From: Terriglobia bacterium | Lineage (GTDB): Bacteria; Acidobacteriota; Terriglobia; 2-12-FULL-54-10 | DNA length: 64,000 nt | Reading direction: 5' to 3' | Assembly (NCBI GenBank): GCA_963666975.2 | Contig: CAXVYR010000002.1 | Location: forward strand, 96,001 to 160,000 | Shown here: positions 1 through 9,207 of the stretch, one piece after another | Numbering within the stretch: position 1 is the first letter of the stretch | Layout of the letters: every line of letters begins with the position of its first letter | The notes under the pieces: model-generated | Seen by the model: only the letters and a program-made list of their open reading frames with translations | Told to the model about the DNA's origin: nothing | Databases searched by the model: none | Program-made: the position numbers and the translations under genes

Positions 1-144
1 GCTCCGGGATTTGCAGGGCTTTACCAAATCAACGCTCGTGTTCCCGAAGCAATTCCCGGAACGGTGGACGTGATTTTGCTTGTCGATGGTGTAGCCAGCA
101 ACACAGTTACCATGGAAGTGGCTCAGAGGGGGGGGATTGAATAG
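1..144 (+). CDS. 3' end of a large secreted protein with an Acidobacterial (Solibacter-type) C-terminal domain; 5'-truncated by the window edge
   Basis: Frame +1 reads APGFAGLYQINARVPEAIPGTVDVILLVDGVASNTVTMEV..., stop TAG at 142-144. The PG-x-x-GLYQIN-x-x-VP...SN motif is typical of this domain. Confidence 0.7.
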   Translation, partial: APGFAGLYQINARVPEAIPGTVDVILLVDGVASNTVTMEVAQRGGIE

Positions 145-447
145 ACCAGGCTCCGGCTCCCGTCCGATGCAGCCGTGCGGCACACACAGCGGGTTGCACG
201 AAAAAGAAGTGTCCCATAGCCATTGACAAAAACAAGGAATCTGGCAACCTTATAGCGCGCAGGTTCCCGAACCGTGTGCTGGGGTTCGCTGCACCGCAGC
301 ACGGCTGCGGTGGGGCGGTTCATGGTTTCGAAGTTTGGCCGGGACTGCTAAGAAGTCCCGCAGCGTTGTTCGCTTAGGCGTTCGCTTCGGCAGACGGATC
401 GGTTTCACGTCAAGCCATCGCGAAAGTCCAGAGCATGGACGAACCGG

Positions 448-2421
448 ATGCCGGATGAGATGACAGAAAACAATTCTTTCAGCGAGGTGAAGCTAAACAT
501 GAAACGGATTGCCTCTTTTAGCGTGTGGATTTTGTTGGTCCTGAGTTTTCTTTATGTAGCGGAGAGGGCGCAAGGGCAAAGCGCTGCTGATTTGAGCAGG
601 AAGCTGCAGCGGCTTCAGGCTTATCCGGAAATCATTGTGGTCAACGGCAAGATTTCTACCATAGATGAGCGGATGACCGAGGTCGAGGCCATGGCGGTGA
701 AAAACAACCGAATTCTGGCGCTGGGAACCAATGACGAGATCCGATTTCTGGCCGGTCCCAACACCGAGGTGCTGGACGCAAAGGGACGGAGAGTGTTGCC
801 GGGCCTGATTGATAGCCACACCCATCCGCATCTTTGGGCCGTGGAGCACTGGCTGGGCGCGGAAGGGGATTTTGCCGCCAAGAGGTACAACGATCCCCAA
901 CTGCAGATCTTCTACGCCAAGGGCAATGACCAAGCCACAGTCCTGCGGGAACTGGAGCGGATTGTTCGGGAGAGGGTAAGGGTATTGGGCCCGGGCAAGT
1001 GGATTTGGACTTCCGTGTTCGGCGGCAACAGCCTGCCTGAATCGAGAAACATTGTCTATGCCCTCTTTCCGCAAAGGGGACCGGTGGGGGGATCAGGAGG
1101 ACCATCGGCGCCGCTCACCAGAGAATTCCTGGATACGCTGGCGCCGGACAACCCCCTCATGGTGATGACCGGAGAAGCCATTGGACCTGCCGCCAACAAC
1201 ACCAGAGCCAAAGAGGAGATGGAAAAGATCCTGGGCACCGAGATGGTGGGACTACAGGCACGCACTTCGGTCACCTATGACATCCTTTTCCGGGGACGCT
1301 CCGAGGAGGCAGCGGACTTCCTCAAGCGGGAACTGCTCGAATGTGTGGTAGCCCAAGGAATCACCACCTTTGGGAACCATTACTACGGCAGCCCCTCCAT
1401 CTTTAAGATCTACAATAGGCTCTACCAGCAAGGCGAGTTGCCCGTCCGTTGGGCTTGGTTCGTGGGAGGCGGGAACGCGCAGGGAGATCCGGATTTCTTT
1501 TACCGGAATCTGGGCGACTTCCGGGGAATCGGGAACGACTACATTTGGAACGCCGGAATTGCCAACGAAGGTTGGGAATGGGGGCCTCAGGGTGAAGGCG
1601 GTATTGGAACCTGTACCGCTGCCGAGACGAACCCGAATAACCCGGTGGAACTGTATATCCCCTGCTCTGACCCGAAGGCGACAGATTACGAGCAATACAA
1701 AGGCTTCCGGGAGGTTCGCTCGGCGCTGGAATCCGGCTTGCGAATCGGATATCTGCACGTCTACAGCGATGGAACCATGGATGCTTTAATCGACCTGATT
1801 GAGAAGTCGATCGCCGATGGCAAGGTGACGCTGGAGGAAGTACGGGCCGCCCGGATCAGCACGGAGCACAACCCGATGCTTCGCCCCGACCAGGCTGCGA
1901 AGATGGCCCGGTACGGGATCATGCCTGGTTTTAACGGTTACCAGGTTCAAGGCGACATCAAGGGCGGGGCTTTCCTGAAAGCATACGGTGAGCAGTATAT
2001 GTCCTGGATGGCCCCGATGAAGACCTTGGCGGACGCCGGCGTGCGGGTGGTCTTCAACACCGACGCGCACTTGCACAAGGTTCCTCCCGAGTCAAAAGAC
2101 ATGGATTACCCGCCTCAATGGGATGGCAACATCTGGGGGTTTATAGAGTTCTTCATCACCCGCCGGATGCCTCATGATGGGATTACCTACCAGCGGAGCG
2201 AAGCGTTGGATCGAGCGACCCTGATGAAGGCGGCAACCATCTGGGGGGCTGAGCAGGTGCTGAACGAGAAAAACATCGGCTCGCTGGAAACGGGAAAGCT
2301 GGCCGATTTCATCGTGATTGACAAGGACTATTTCACGATTCCGGAAGACCAGATCGGCACGATCAAGACAGTGCTGACCGCCGTCGGCGGGAAGGTCGTG
2401 TTCCGGGCTCCCAATTACTAG
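448..2421 (+). CDS. Secreted amidohydrolase family 3 (YtcJ-like) metal-dependent hydrolase
   Basis: N-terminal signal peptide, VLPGLIDSHTH metal motif and C-terminal GSLETGKLADFIVID. The true start may be ATG 499. Confidence 0.85.
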   Translation: MPDEMTENNSFSEVKLNMKRIASFSVWILLVLSFLYVAERAQGQSAADLSRKLQRLQAYPEIIVVNGKISTIDERMTEVEAMAVKNNRILALGTNDEIRFLAGPNTEVLDAKGRRVLPGLIDSHTHPHLWAVEHWLGAEGDFAAKRYNDPQLQIFYAKGNDQATVLRELERIVRERVRVLGPGKWIWTSVFGGNSLPESRNIVYALFPQRGPVGGSGGPSAPLTREFLDTLAPDNPLMVMTGEAIGPAANNTRAKEEMEKILGTEMVGLQARTSVTYDILFRGRSEEAADFLKRELLECVVAQGITTFGNHYYGSPSIFKIYNRLYQQGELPVRWAWFVGGGNAQGDPDFFYRNLGDFRGIGNDYIWNAGIANEGWEWGPQGEGGIGTCTAAETNPNNPVELYIPCSDPKATDYEQYKGFREVRSALESGLRIGYLHVYSDGTMDALIDLIEKSIADGKVTLEEVRAARISTEHNPMLRPDQAAKMARYGIMPGFNGYQVQGDIKGGAFLKAYGEQYMSWMAPMKTLADAGVRVVFNTDAHLHKVPPESKDMDYPPQWDGNIWGFIEFFITRRMPHDGITYQRSEALDRATLMKAATIWGAEQVLNEKNIGSLETGKLADFIVIDKDYFTIPEDQIGTIKTVLTAVGGKVVFRAPNY

Positions 2422-2598
2422 GTCCGTGCCGTTCGGAACAGACGGTTATTCCGGGCACCTTTCAATGCGGGGTAATGGCAGGCCTGGAGGAAGTAACCCT
2501 CAGGGATGCGTGCTCCAAGTCCGCCAGCACACTAATCCTCGTTCATGAGACGGCGGGCCGGAGTCAACCTCCCTTGCCGGGCCACAGGCAATGTCAAC

Positions 2599-3261
2599 GT
2601 GGCGGAAATACTGAAGATCCGGAGCCGCTTTCCGGAGCCCTCCCGAATTGTCCGTGCAGCGGAACTGGTGCGCCAGGGCCAGGTGATCGCCATCCCGACC
2701 GATACTTTTTACGGGCTGGCCGCCAATCCGTTTGACCCTTCAGCCGTCCAGAAAATTTTCGCCCTCAAGAACCGCCCGGAAAGCCAGCCGCTGCTCTTGC
2801 TTGTGGATTCCCTGGAGATGGCTGCTGATCTATCGGCAACTCCGCCCCCCGAGTTCTACCGGCTGGCCGAGCAATTCTGGCCGGGACCCCTGACCATCGT
2901 CGTGGAGGCTTCTCCCAAAATACCTCCTCCGGTCACTGCCCATACCGGGAGGATCGGGCTTCGCCTGCCCTCCGCTCCCATTCCTGTAGCGTTGATCGAA
3001 GCGGCAGGTTGCCCGCTCACTGCCACCAGCGCCAATGTGGCGGGTGGAAAGGAATGCTCCACCGCGCAGCAGGTAAACGACTGCCTGGGCAGCCAACTGC
3101 CCTTGATCGTCGATGGAGGCGACAGCCGGACGGCAGAGCCCTCTACGGTCCTCGACCTTCGTCCGAATTCTTGGGAAATTCTCCGGGAAGGTGGTGTTGC
3201 AGAAAAGGAGATCCAAACATTTTTTGCCGCCGTCAGGAAAAATCAAACAGGCCCAAAATGA
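2599..3261 (+). CDS. tsaC: L-threonylcarbamoyladenylate synthase (Sua5/YrdC)
   Basis: IPTDTFYGL, KNRP, FWPGPLT, TSAN and PSTV motifs. GTG start chosen at 2599. Confidence 0.92.
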   Translation: MAEILKIRSRFPEPSRIVRAAELVRQGQVIAIPTDTFYGLAANPFDPSAVQKIFALKNRPESQPLLLLVDSLEMAADLSATPPPEFYRLAEQFWPGPLTIVVEASPKIPPPVTAHTGRIGLRLPSAPIPVALIEAAGCPLTATSANVAGGKECSTAQQVNDCLGSQLPLIVDGGDSRTAEPSTVLDLRPNSWEILREGGVAEKEIQTFFAAVRKNQTGPK

Positions 3262-3304
3262 AAAAACCCAGCATCTCTATTTTCAAGAGCGCTGGGCTGT
3301 TTTC
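3261..3304. terminator. Probable bidirectional intrinsic terminator between convergent tsaC and csp
   Basis: A-run, CCCAGC...CTCT / AGAG.GCTGGG hairpin, then a T-rich tail. Confidence 0.5.
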
Positions 3305-3340
3305 AAAAGCCGGTTGGCTTTTAATCGGAAGTTATACTGG

Positions 3341-3553
3341 TTAAGGTTCTACTTTGGTTACGTCTTCCGCCTGCGGGCCCTTCTGGCCCTGAGTGACCTC
3401 GAACTCCACCAGATCACCCTCTTGGAGAGTCTTGTAACCATCTCCCTGAACGGCGGAATAGTGAACGAACACGTCCGCCCCGTCGTCTTGGCCAATAAAG
3501 CCATAACCCTTGGTGTTGTTAAACCATTTTACTTTTCCGGTAGTGCGTGACAA
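3341..3553 (-). CDS. cspA: Cold-shock protein (CspA family)
   Basis: GKVKWFN, KGYGFI and [11 protein letters not shown] motifs. GGAGGAG RBS before a TTG start. Confidence 0.95.
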   Translation of the reverse strand: MSRTTGKVKWFNNTKGYGFIGQDDGADVFVHYSAVQGDGYKTLQEGDLVEFEVTQGQKGPQAEDVTKVEP

Positions 3554-3723
3554 TGTACTTTGCTCCTCCTTTTACAAAACCGTTGCGGGTTGGAACGACG
3601 GGAACCACTCAGCTGTGCAGGACCGTTTGGACCAGAAAAAAGCCACCTGACTGCCGTAGCAGAAACGGTGGCTATAAACATTTGCCTTTCGAGGTACGCC
3701 GACACCCAACAACTCCGTAAACT

Positions 3724-3752
3724 ATATTAGCTACTGTTATATTCCGTGTCAA
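3724..3752 (-). promoter_or_regulatory. Sigma70-type promoter of csp
   Basis: Minus strand TTGACA - 17 bp - TAATAT. Confidence 0.65.
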
Positions 3753-3836
3753 GCAAATATTCGCACGGGCAGTACAAGAAAGGGTGCGTAGCGGAACAAT
3801 ATAAGCTGTTCACATTTATCTAGTTCTGTATGCATT

Positions 3837-5468
3837 TTAGGGTTTCTTGCCGGAAGTTGCCTGCAGGCGCAGTTTGAAGCGCTGTATCTTGCCCGTAGCA
3901 GTTTTGGGCAAGTCCGGAACAAAATGAAAGGATTGGGGACACTTATAGGGCGCCAGGTGTTGCTTGGCAAACTGCCGAAGTTCTTGCTCCATGGAAGCGC
4001 AGGTCTGCAAACCGGCTCTTAACACCACATAGGCGATGGGCTTTTCGAGCCCTTCCGGATCGCGCTCCGGCACTACGGAGACCTCGGCGACACTCGGATG
4101 CTCCAGCAAGGCGCTCTCCACCTGAATGGGGGAAACCCATATGCCGCCGGACTTGAACAGGTCGTCGGTGCGCCCATGATAGGCGTACCAGCCATCCGCA
4201 TCGCGGGAATATTGGTCTCCCGTACGCAACCATTCCCCCGCGAAGGTGCGCTTGCTGACCTCATGATTGCGCCAGTAGAAAGCCGCGATGCTGGGAGAAG
4301 AAACCCAAAGCTCGCCCAGTTCCTCGCCTTCTACATCATTACCCGCCGCATCCACCAAGCGCGCTTTGTGTTCGGGGAGAATTTTGCCGCTGCTACCGGG
4401 CTTCACCTGCTCGGGCCTGTTGCTGAGGAAGATGTACCCGAACTCCGTGCTTCCCACTCCATCCAGAATCTGCAAGCCGGTCTTCTGAAGCCACTCCTGA
4501 TAAATCGGAGCCGGCAGCGCTTCCCCGGCAGAGACGCACAGCCGCAAACTGCTTAACTTTTTATGGTCTATGTTCTCCCGCAACATTCTGTTGTAGGCCG
4601 TTGGCACCGAAAAGAAAATTGTGGGATGGTACTGTTCCATCGCCGCAAGCACCGGACCCGGCTCCGGGCGGTCCGGCAGAAGCAGGGCAGCCCCCCCCAC
4701 CCATAAAGGCATAAAAAAAGAGTTCGTCAGCCCGTAGGAAAAAAACAACCGAGCCACCGAAAAACAGATGTCCTGCTGGGTCATTCCGATCACATGCCGC
4801 GCATAAGGCTCTACGCAAAAAATATTGTCGCGGTGCAGATGCACGGCGGCCTTGGATTCTCCGGTGGAACCGGAGGTGTAAACCCAGTGGCTGGGCTCGT
4901 TCTTGTGCGTCGGCGTGGTTTCGAGTTCAGCGGGTTGTGAAGAGATGATTTCCGTAAAGCCGTGTGCCCGTTCCATTCCCTTGCCACGGACGCCGACGAT
5001 GGTGCAGGCAGGAAAACGTTCGAGGACCGATTCCAAAGGCGTCAAAAACTCGGCCTCCCCCACCAGTATCGTGGCCCGGCTGTGGCGCAGGTAAAACTCG
5101 TAGTCGGAAGGATGGGCGAAGGTGTTCAGAGGCACCGGCACGGCCCCCAGCTTCATAGCAGCCAAAAAGCAGGCAATGAACTCCGGCGAGTCGCGCAGCA
5201 ACAGCAGGACACGCTGTTCCCGCTGCAAGCCCAGCGCGCGCAAAGCGTGCCCCGCCTGGTTGGTGAGCCGGTAAAGCTGCCCGTAGGTCAAATCCCCGGC
5301 CGGCCCCAGCAGCGCCGCCTGCGACTCCCTGCCCTCGGCCACGTGACGGTCCACGAGCGCCGCAGCCATGTTGAACTGTTCCGGCAACTCTTCCGGGCTT
5401 TTCACCGCCCTCAAGTCCTTCGCGCCCCAGGTTAGCCCGCTTCTCAGATGCATGGATTTCCCCGTCAC
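3837..5468 (-). CDS. Benzoate-CoA ligase family acyl-CoA synthetase
   Basis: YTSGSTG P-loop, ARLFFSYGL, SAGEALP, DGVGSTE and LPKTATGKIQR. Confidence 0.88.
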   Translation of the reverse strand: MTGKSMHLRSGLTWGAKDLRAVKSPEELPEQFNMAAALVDRHVAEGRESQAALLGPAGDLTYGQLYRLTNQAGHALRALGLQREQRVLLLLRDSPEFIACFLAAMKLGAVPVPLNTFAHPSDYEFYLRHSRATILVGEAEFLTPLESVLERFPACTIVGVRGKGMERAHGFTEIISSQPAELETTPTHKNEPSHWVYTSGSTGESKAAVHLHRDNIFCVEPYARHVIGMTQQDICFSVARLFFSYGLTNSFFMPLWVGGAALLLPDRPEPGPVLAAMEQYHPTIFFSVPTAYNRMLRENIDHKKLSSLRLCVSAGEALPAPIYQEWLQKTGLQILDGVGSTEFGYIFLSNRPEQVKPGSSGKILPEHKARLVDAAGNDVEGEELGELWVSSPSIAAFYWRNHEVSKRTFAGEWLRTGDQYSRDADGWYAYHGRTDDLFKSGGIWVSPIQVESALLEHPSVAEVSVVPERDPEGLEKPIAYVVLRAGLQTCASMEQELRQFAKQHLAPYKCPQSFHFVPDLPKTATGKIQRFKLRLQATSGKKP

Positions 5469-5522
5469 TCGATCTTCCCTTTGCCATCCCTACACTGACC
5501 CTTGAGCGGCCCTTAAGTGGCC

Positions 5523-6014
5523 CTATGGGTCCCGGCGAAGGCCCGCCAATACCTTTTGTCCGCGTTCGATATAAGCCGCGTCCATCTGCGGATTCTCAAA
5601 CCGTATGCCGGTGGTGATCCGCGCCGCGCCCTCATAGTCCAGCGCCTTGTCCTCCAGCACGGATTCAATCCGGACGTTTACCTTGGCCATGCCCGGAAAG
5701 CCCTCCATGTCGCGGGCCATCTCCGTGCCTGTTCCCTGGACATAGTAAGCCATGTTCTCATCCACCACCAGCAAGGTGACCTTGCCGTTGCTGCGGATAT
5801 TGGCCGTCGTGGTGCTGTTGCTCCAGGGCGCCATGCGAATGTTGGCGCGGTCGGGAGCAAGCACCTCCAGGTAGCTCAGAATAGCCGCGTAGGGCCATCC
5901 CTTCCCGTCCACCGTCACCAGCATAATCACCTTGTTGAGGTTCGGCGGAAGGTTCTCCCCGTTCAGCAGATCAAATAGACAGTCCGGCAATACCGGTTCT
6001 AATCGTTTAGACAT
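5523..6014 (-). CDS. Pyridoxamine 5'-phosphate oxidase-like FMN-binding split-barrel protein
   Basis: LVTVDGKGWP...S and TTANIRSNGKVTL pattern. ATG 6014 follows a GGGAGG RBS. Confidence 0.7.
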   Translation of the reverse strand: MSKRLEPVLPDCLFDLLNGENLPPNLNKVIMLVTVDGKGWPYAAILSYLEVLAPDRANIRMAPWSNSTTTANIRSNGKVTLLVVDENMAYYVQGTGTEMARDMEGFPGMAKVNVRIESVLEDKALDYEGAARITTGIRFENPQMDAAYIERGQKVLAGLRRDP

Positions 6015-6150
6015 GAAACCCTCCCGCGCTCCCCTCAAACTGAATGGGCCACTATACGCCATGCCGCCGCATCTGGAAATACTCTATAATGCCCCCAAAT
6101 TGAATGGCGATTTCAGCCGAAGCCGGCAGGTTCGGATGGAAGGCAACGGA

Positions 6151-6532
6151 ATGCTCAAGTGCTTTTTCTCTCTGGTGATTGTTTTTGGGGTGATTGTTTC
6201 TGGATTGCTGCTGGGCTCTCCCGCCCAGGCCACCAAGCTGGTGACCTATTCCAGCGGAGATGAAGCGCGGGCAGGAGCCGTCGAGGGGAGCTATGTCATC
6301 GATCTGAACCGCGGCTATGCCTTTTATCTGTCCGATAGCGGAGCAGCAAGTCCCGAAACCGGTGACGCGCTGGTGCCTCCGGACCTTTTGCGCATACTGC
6401 ATTGCCACCGGCACGCCCTCGGGCGTTGGATCGGGACGCACCCCTCCGCGCTGGCTGCGTCCCGGCGAAACGGTTCGCGTGGAAGTCCAGGGGCTGGGAG
6501 TGCTGGAAAACCCGGTTGAACAAGGGGAATAA
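6151..6532 (+). pseudogene. Fumarylacetoacetate-hydrolase family gene with a large internal deletion and frameshift
   Basis: One frame gives a signal peptide plus KLVTY...[13 protein letters not shown] (FAH N-terminus). Another frame gives [10 protein letters not shown]...[22 protein letters not shown] (FAH C-terminus). The catalytic core is missing. Confidence 0.65.
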
Positions 6533-6608
6533 GCAGCGGACTGGGAAATGGTCCCAATAGACGCTCCGTGGGGAGCACCCTCCGGCGGAGCCAAAGACCG
6601 CAAGCTGC

Positions 6609-6639
6609 TTGACATCGCCATGCGAAAAGGGGGTACAAT
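6609..6639 (+). promoter_or_regulatory. Possible sigma70 promoter for the iscA-moaA-thiD region
   Basis: TTGACA - 19 bp - TACAAT; the spacer is long. Confidence 0.4.
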
Positions 6640-6718
6640 TAGTTTGGCGGGATATGGAGAGGGGAACCCTCTCTACACGCACTACAGCTAGAGTGAAGCG
6701 AATCGAGGAGGTATTTAG

Positions 6719-7054
6719 ATGGTAACGTTAACCCCAGGCGCAGTGAACAAGGTAAAAGAGATCATGAGCCAGCAAGAACCGCAGCCGGTGGGACTACGGC
6801 TTGGGATCGTCGGCGGGGGATGCTCGGGATTTTCCTATTCGATGACCTTTGAAACCAATGCCAACGGAGACGACTTCAGCATGGACAAGGTCTTTGAATT
6901 CGGCGGAGTGAAAGTCTTCGTGGACCAGGCCAGCTTGCTGTATCTCGACAATACCGAAGTTGACTTCGTCGATTCCATCGAAGGCGTTGGGTTTAAGTTT
7001 GGCAACCCGAACGTGAAAAGCACCTGCGGTTGCGGCAGCTCGTTCAGCGTCTAA
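6719..7054 (+). CDS. A-type Fe-S cluster carrier (HesB/IscA/ErpA family)
   Basis: GGGCSGFSY and NPN...TCGCGSSF. Confidence 0.95.
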   Translation: MVTLTPGAVNKVKEIMSQQEPQPVGLRLGIVGGGCSGFSYSMTFETNANGDDFSMDKVFEFGGVKVFVDQASLLYLDNTEVDFVDSIEGVGFKFGNPNVKSTCGCGSSFSV

Positions 7055-7241
7055 ACGGCCCAGCGGTCTGTCTGGCAAAAGTTTCAGGGATTCGACAGCT
7101 ATTCGTCAGCGAACCGTCAGCCGCCTCCCTTGCAGTGGGTTCCATGGCAGGACGATGGCGGCTTCGGCAACGCAAGCGGCAACCCTAACGCCTTGCCCTC
7201 TTTCGCTAGAGCGCTAACGCGGAAGGACAAGAGGCGGGTGC

Positions 7242-8225
7242 ATGCCTTTCGATTCATATCAACGCGATATCAACTATCTCCGCATCTCTTTAACAGACCA
7301 TTGTAATCTGCGGTGCGTGTATTGCATGCCGGTCAATGGCCTGCAATTCCTTCCCCGAGAACATCTGCTGACCCCGGAGGAAATAGCCAGCGTAGTGCGC
7401 GCGGCTGTCTCGGTCGGGTTCCGCAAATTCCGGCTCACCGGAGGCGAGCCGACGCTGCGTCCGGACTTGCTGGACATTGTGCGGTTGATCGCCCAAACGG
7501 ACGGGGCGGGAGAGTTGTCGATGACCACAAACGGCATACTGCTCCCCGGCCTAGCCAAGCCTCTGGCGGAAGCAGGCCTGCGGCGCGTCAACATCCATCT
7601 GGACACGCTCCGGCCCGAGCGGCTCGGCCAGATCATGCGCTGGGGCCGTCTGGAAGACATCTGGGGAGGCATCGAAGCCGCCGAGCAGGCCGGGCTGCGG
7701 CCGATCAAGCTGAATGCCGTGATTGCACGGGGGCATAACGACATGGATGTAGCCGAACTGGCCGCTTTGACGATTGACCGGGACTGGCACTTCCGGTTCG
7801 TCGAAATGATGCCTTTTGGCGACGGTGAATGCGACCGCGTCGCAACAGATCAGTACGTCTCGAATGAAGAGACGCGCGCCCGGATCGAACAAAAACTGGG
7901 AACCCTGACGCCTCTGGAGGGTGACTCCTCCGATGAGTCGAGCAACCATAAACTGCCCGGCGCCCGCGGCGTGGTTGGTTTTATCAGCCCCGTCTCGGCG
8001 CCCTACTGCGGGAGCTGCAACCGCATGCGGTTGACGGCCGAGGGCAAGCTCCATCTCTGCCTGCTGAACGACGACGAGATGGACATCAAAAAACAGCTTC
8101 GCCAGGGCGGTCCCGAAGCCGTCCGCGAGGTGCTCTGCAAGGCGGTCGAGCTCAAGCCGATGGGACACCGGCTTCCGGAAGGAATCTTCACCCAGAACCG
8201 CAGGATGTACCAGATTGGAGGCTGA
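7242..8225 (+). CDS. moaA: GTP 3',8-cyclase
   Basis: YLRISLTDHCNLRCVYCMP, TGGEP, CGSCNRMRLT and C-terminal GG. Confidence 0.96.
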   Translation: MPFDSYQRDINYLRISLTDHCNLRCVYCMPVNGLQFLPREHLLTPEEIASVVRAAVSVGFRKFRLTGGEPTLRPDLLDIVRLIAQTDGAGELSMTTNGILLPGLAKPLAEAGLRRVNIHLDTLRPERLGQIMRWGRLEDIWGGIEAAEQAGLRPIKLNAVIARGHNDMDVAELAALTIDRDWHFRFVEMMPFGDGECDRVATDQYVSNEETRARIEQKLGTLTPLEGDSSDESSNHKLPGARGVVGFISPVSAPYCGSCNRMRLTAEGKLHLCLLNDDEMDIKKQLRQGGPEAVREVLCKAVELKPMGHRLPEGIFTQNRRMYQIGG

Positions 8226-8393
8226 GATGAGCCTCCAGCAAACCCTCCATCAAACCTTTTATCAAACGACGAGGCGGCACCCTCCCTTGCCCTCCCCGCC
8301 ATTTCATCTCGCCCGCATGGAGTGCGCGTTGCAGTTTTTCCCCGGCTCTCTTTGGAGACAAAATCTGGGGAGACAAAAACTGGAGACGAAAAG

Positions 8394-9173
8394 ATGACGC
8401 CGGTCGCCCTGACCATCGCGGGGTCGGACCCATCCGGCGGGGCGGGCATTCAGGCGGACTTGAAGACGTTCCATCAGTACGGTGTATACGGAACCAGCGT
8501 TCTGACTCTGCTGACGGTCCAGAACACATGCCGCGTCAGTTCCGTCGAGCACCTGAGGCCGGACTTTGTTCTGGCGCAACTGGATGCGGTGCTGGAAGAC
8601 ATGACTCCCCAAGCAGCCAAGACTGGAGCCCTCGGCACGCTGGAGATTATTGAGGCAATCGCGGAAAGAGCCGCTCAATTCACCTTTCCCCTGGTGGTGG
8701 ACCCGGTCATGATCAGCAAGCACGGAGCGTCTTTGATCCACGAAGACGCGCGGACCACCCTGGCCCGGAAACTGCTCCCGCACGCAACGCTGGTCACCCC
8801 GAATGTCCACGAGGCGATGGCGCTTTCGGGTCTCGAGTTTCACGGCATGGCTTCGCTGCAAGAGGCGGCCAAAGCGATTGCCGGATTAGGTCCACGGGCA
8901 GTCCTGGTGAAAGGCGGCCATCTGGTGGAGGAAGCCGCCGATGTTCTCTACACGGAGAACCGTTTCCAAACCTTTTCCGCAAAGCGCATCGCGACCTCGC
9001 ATACGCACGGCACCGGCTGCACCTATTCGGCTGCGATCACCGCAGAGCTGGCCAAAGGAGCGGAGCTGATCCGCGCGGTGGAGGCTGCCAAGCGATACAT
9101 CACCCGGGCCATCGAAACTAATCCCGCTCTCGGGCACGGCTACGGGCCGGTAAACCATATGGCGCCGATCTGA
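8394..9173 (+). CDS. thiD: Hydroxymethylpyrimidine/phosphomethylpyrimidine kinase
   Basis: LTIAGSDPSGGAGIQADLKTF, DPVM, KGGH and THGTGC. Confidence 0.95.
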   Translation: MTPVALTIAGSDPSGGAGIQADLKTFHQYGVYGTSVLTLLTVQNTCRVSSVEHLRPDFVLAQLDAVLEDMTPQAAKTGALGTLEIIEAIAERAAQFTFPLVVDPVMISKHGASLIHEDARTTLARKLLPHATLVTPNVHEAMALSGLEFHGMASLQEAAKAIAGLGPRAVLVKGGHLVEEAADVLYTENRFQTFSAKRIATSHTHGTGCTYSAAITAELAKGAELIRAVEAAKRYITRAIETNPALGHGYGPVNHMAPI

Positions 9174-9207
9174 CCCGATTTCTTTTTCTATGAGAAAATA
9201 GTGAAGT

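Noticed and set aside
7055-7241. Moco riboswitch upstream of moaA
   Set aside because: Contains GCCTCCC, but I could not find the other conserved Moco-motif elements; it needs an Rfam scan
8222-8393. TPP riboswitch upstream of thiD
   Set aside because: CTGAGA is present only as part of the moaA stop; no downstream TPP aptamer core is recognisable
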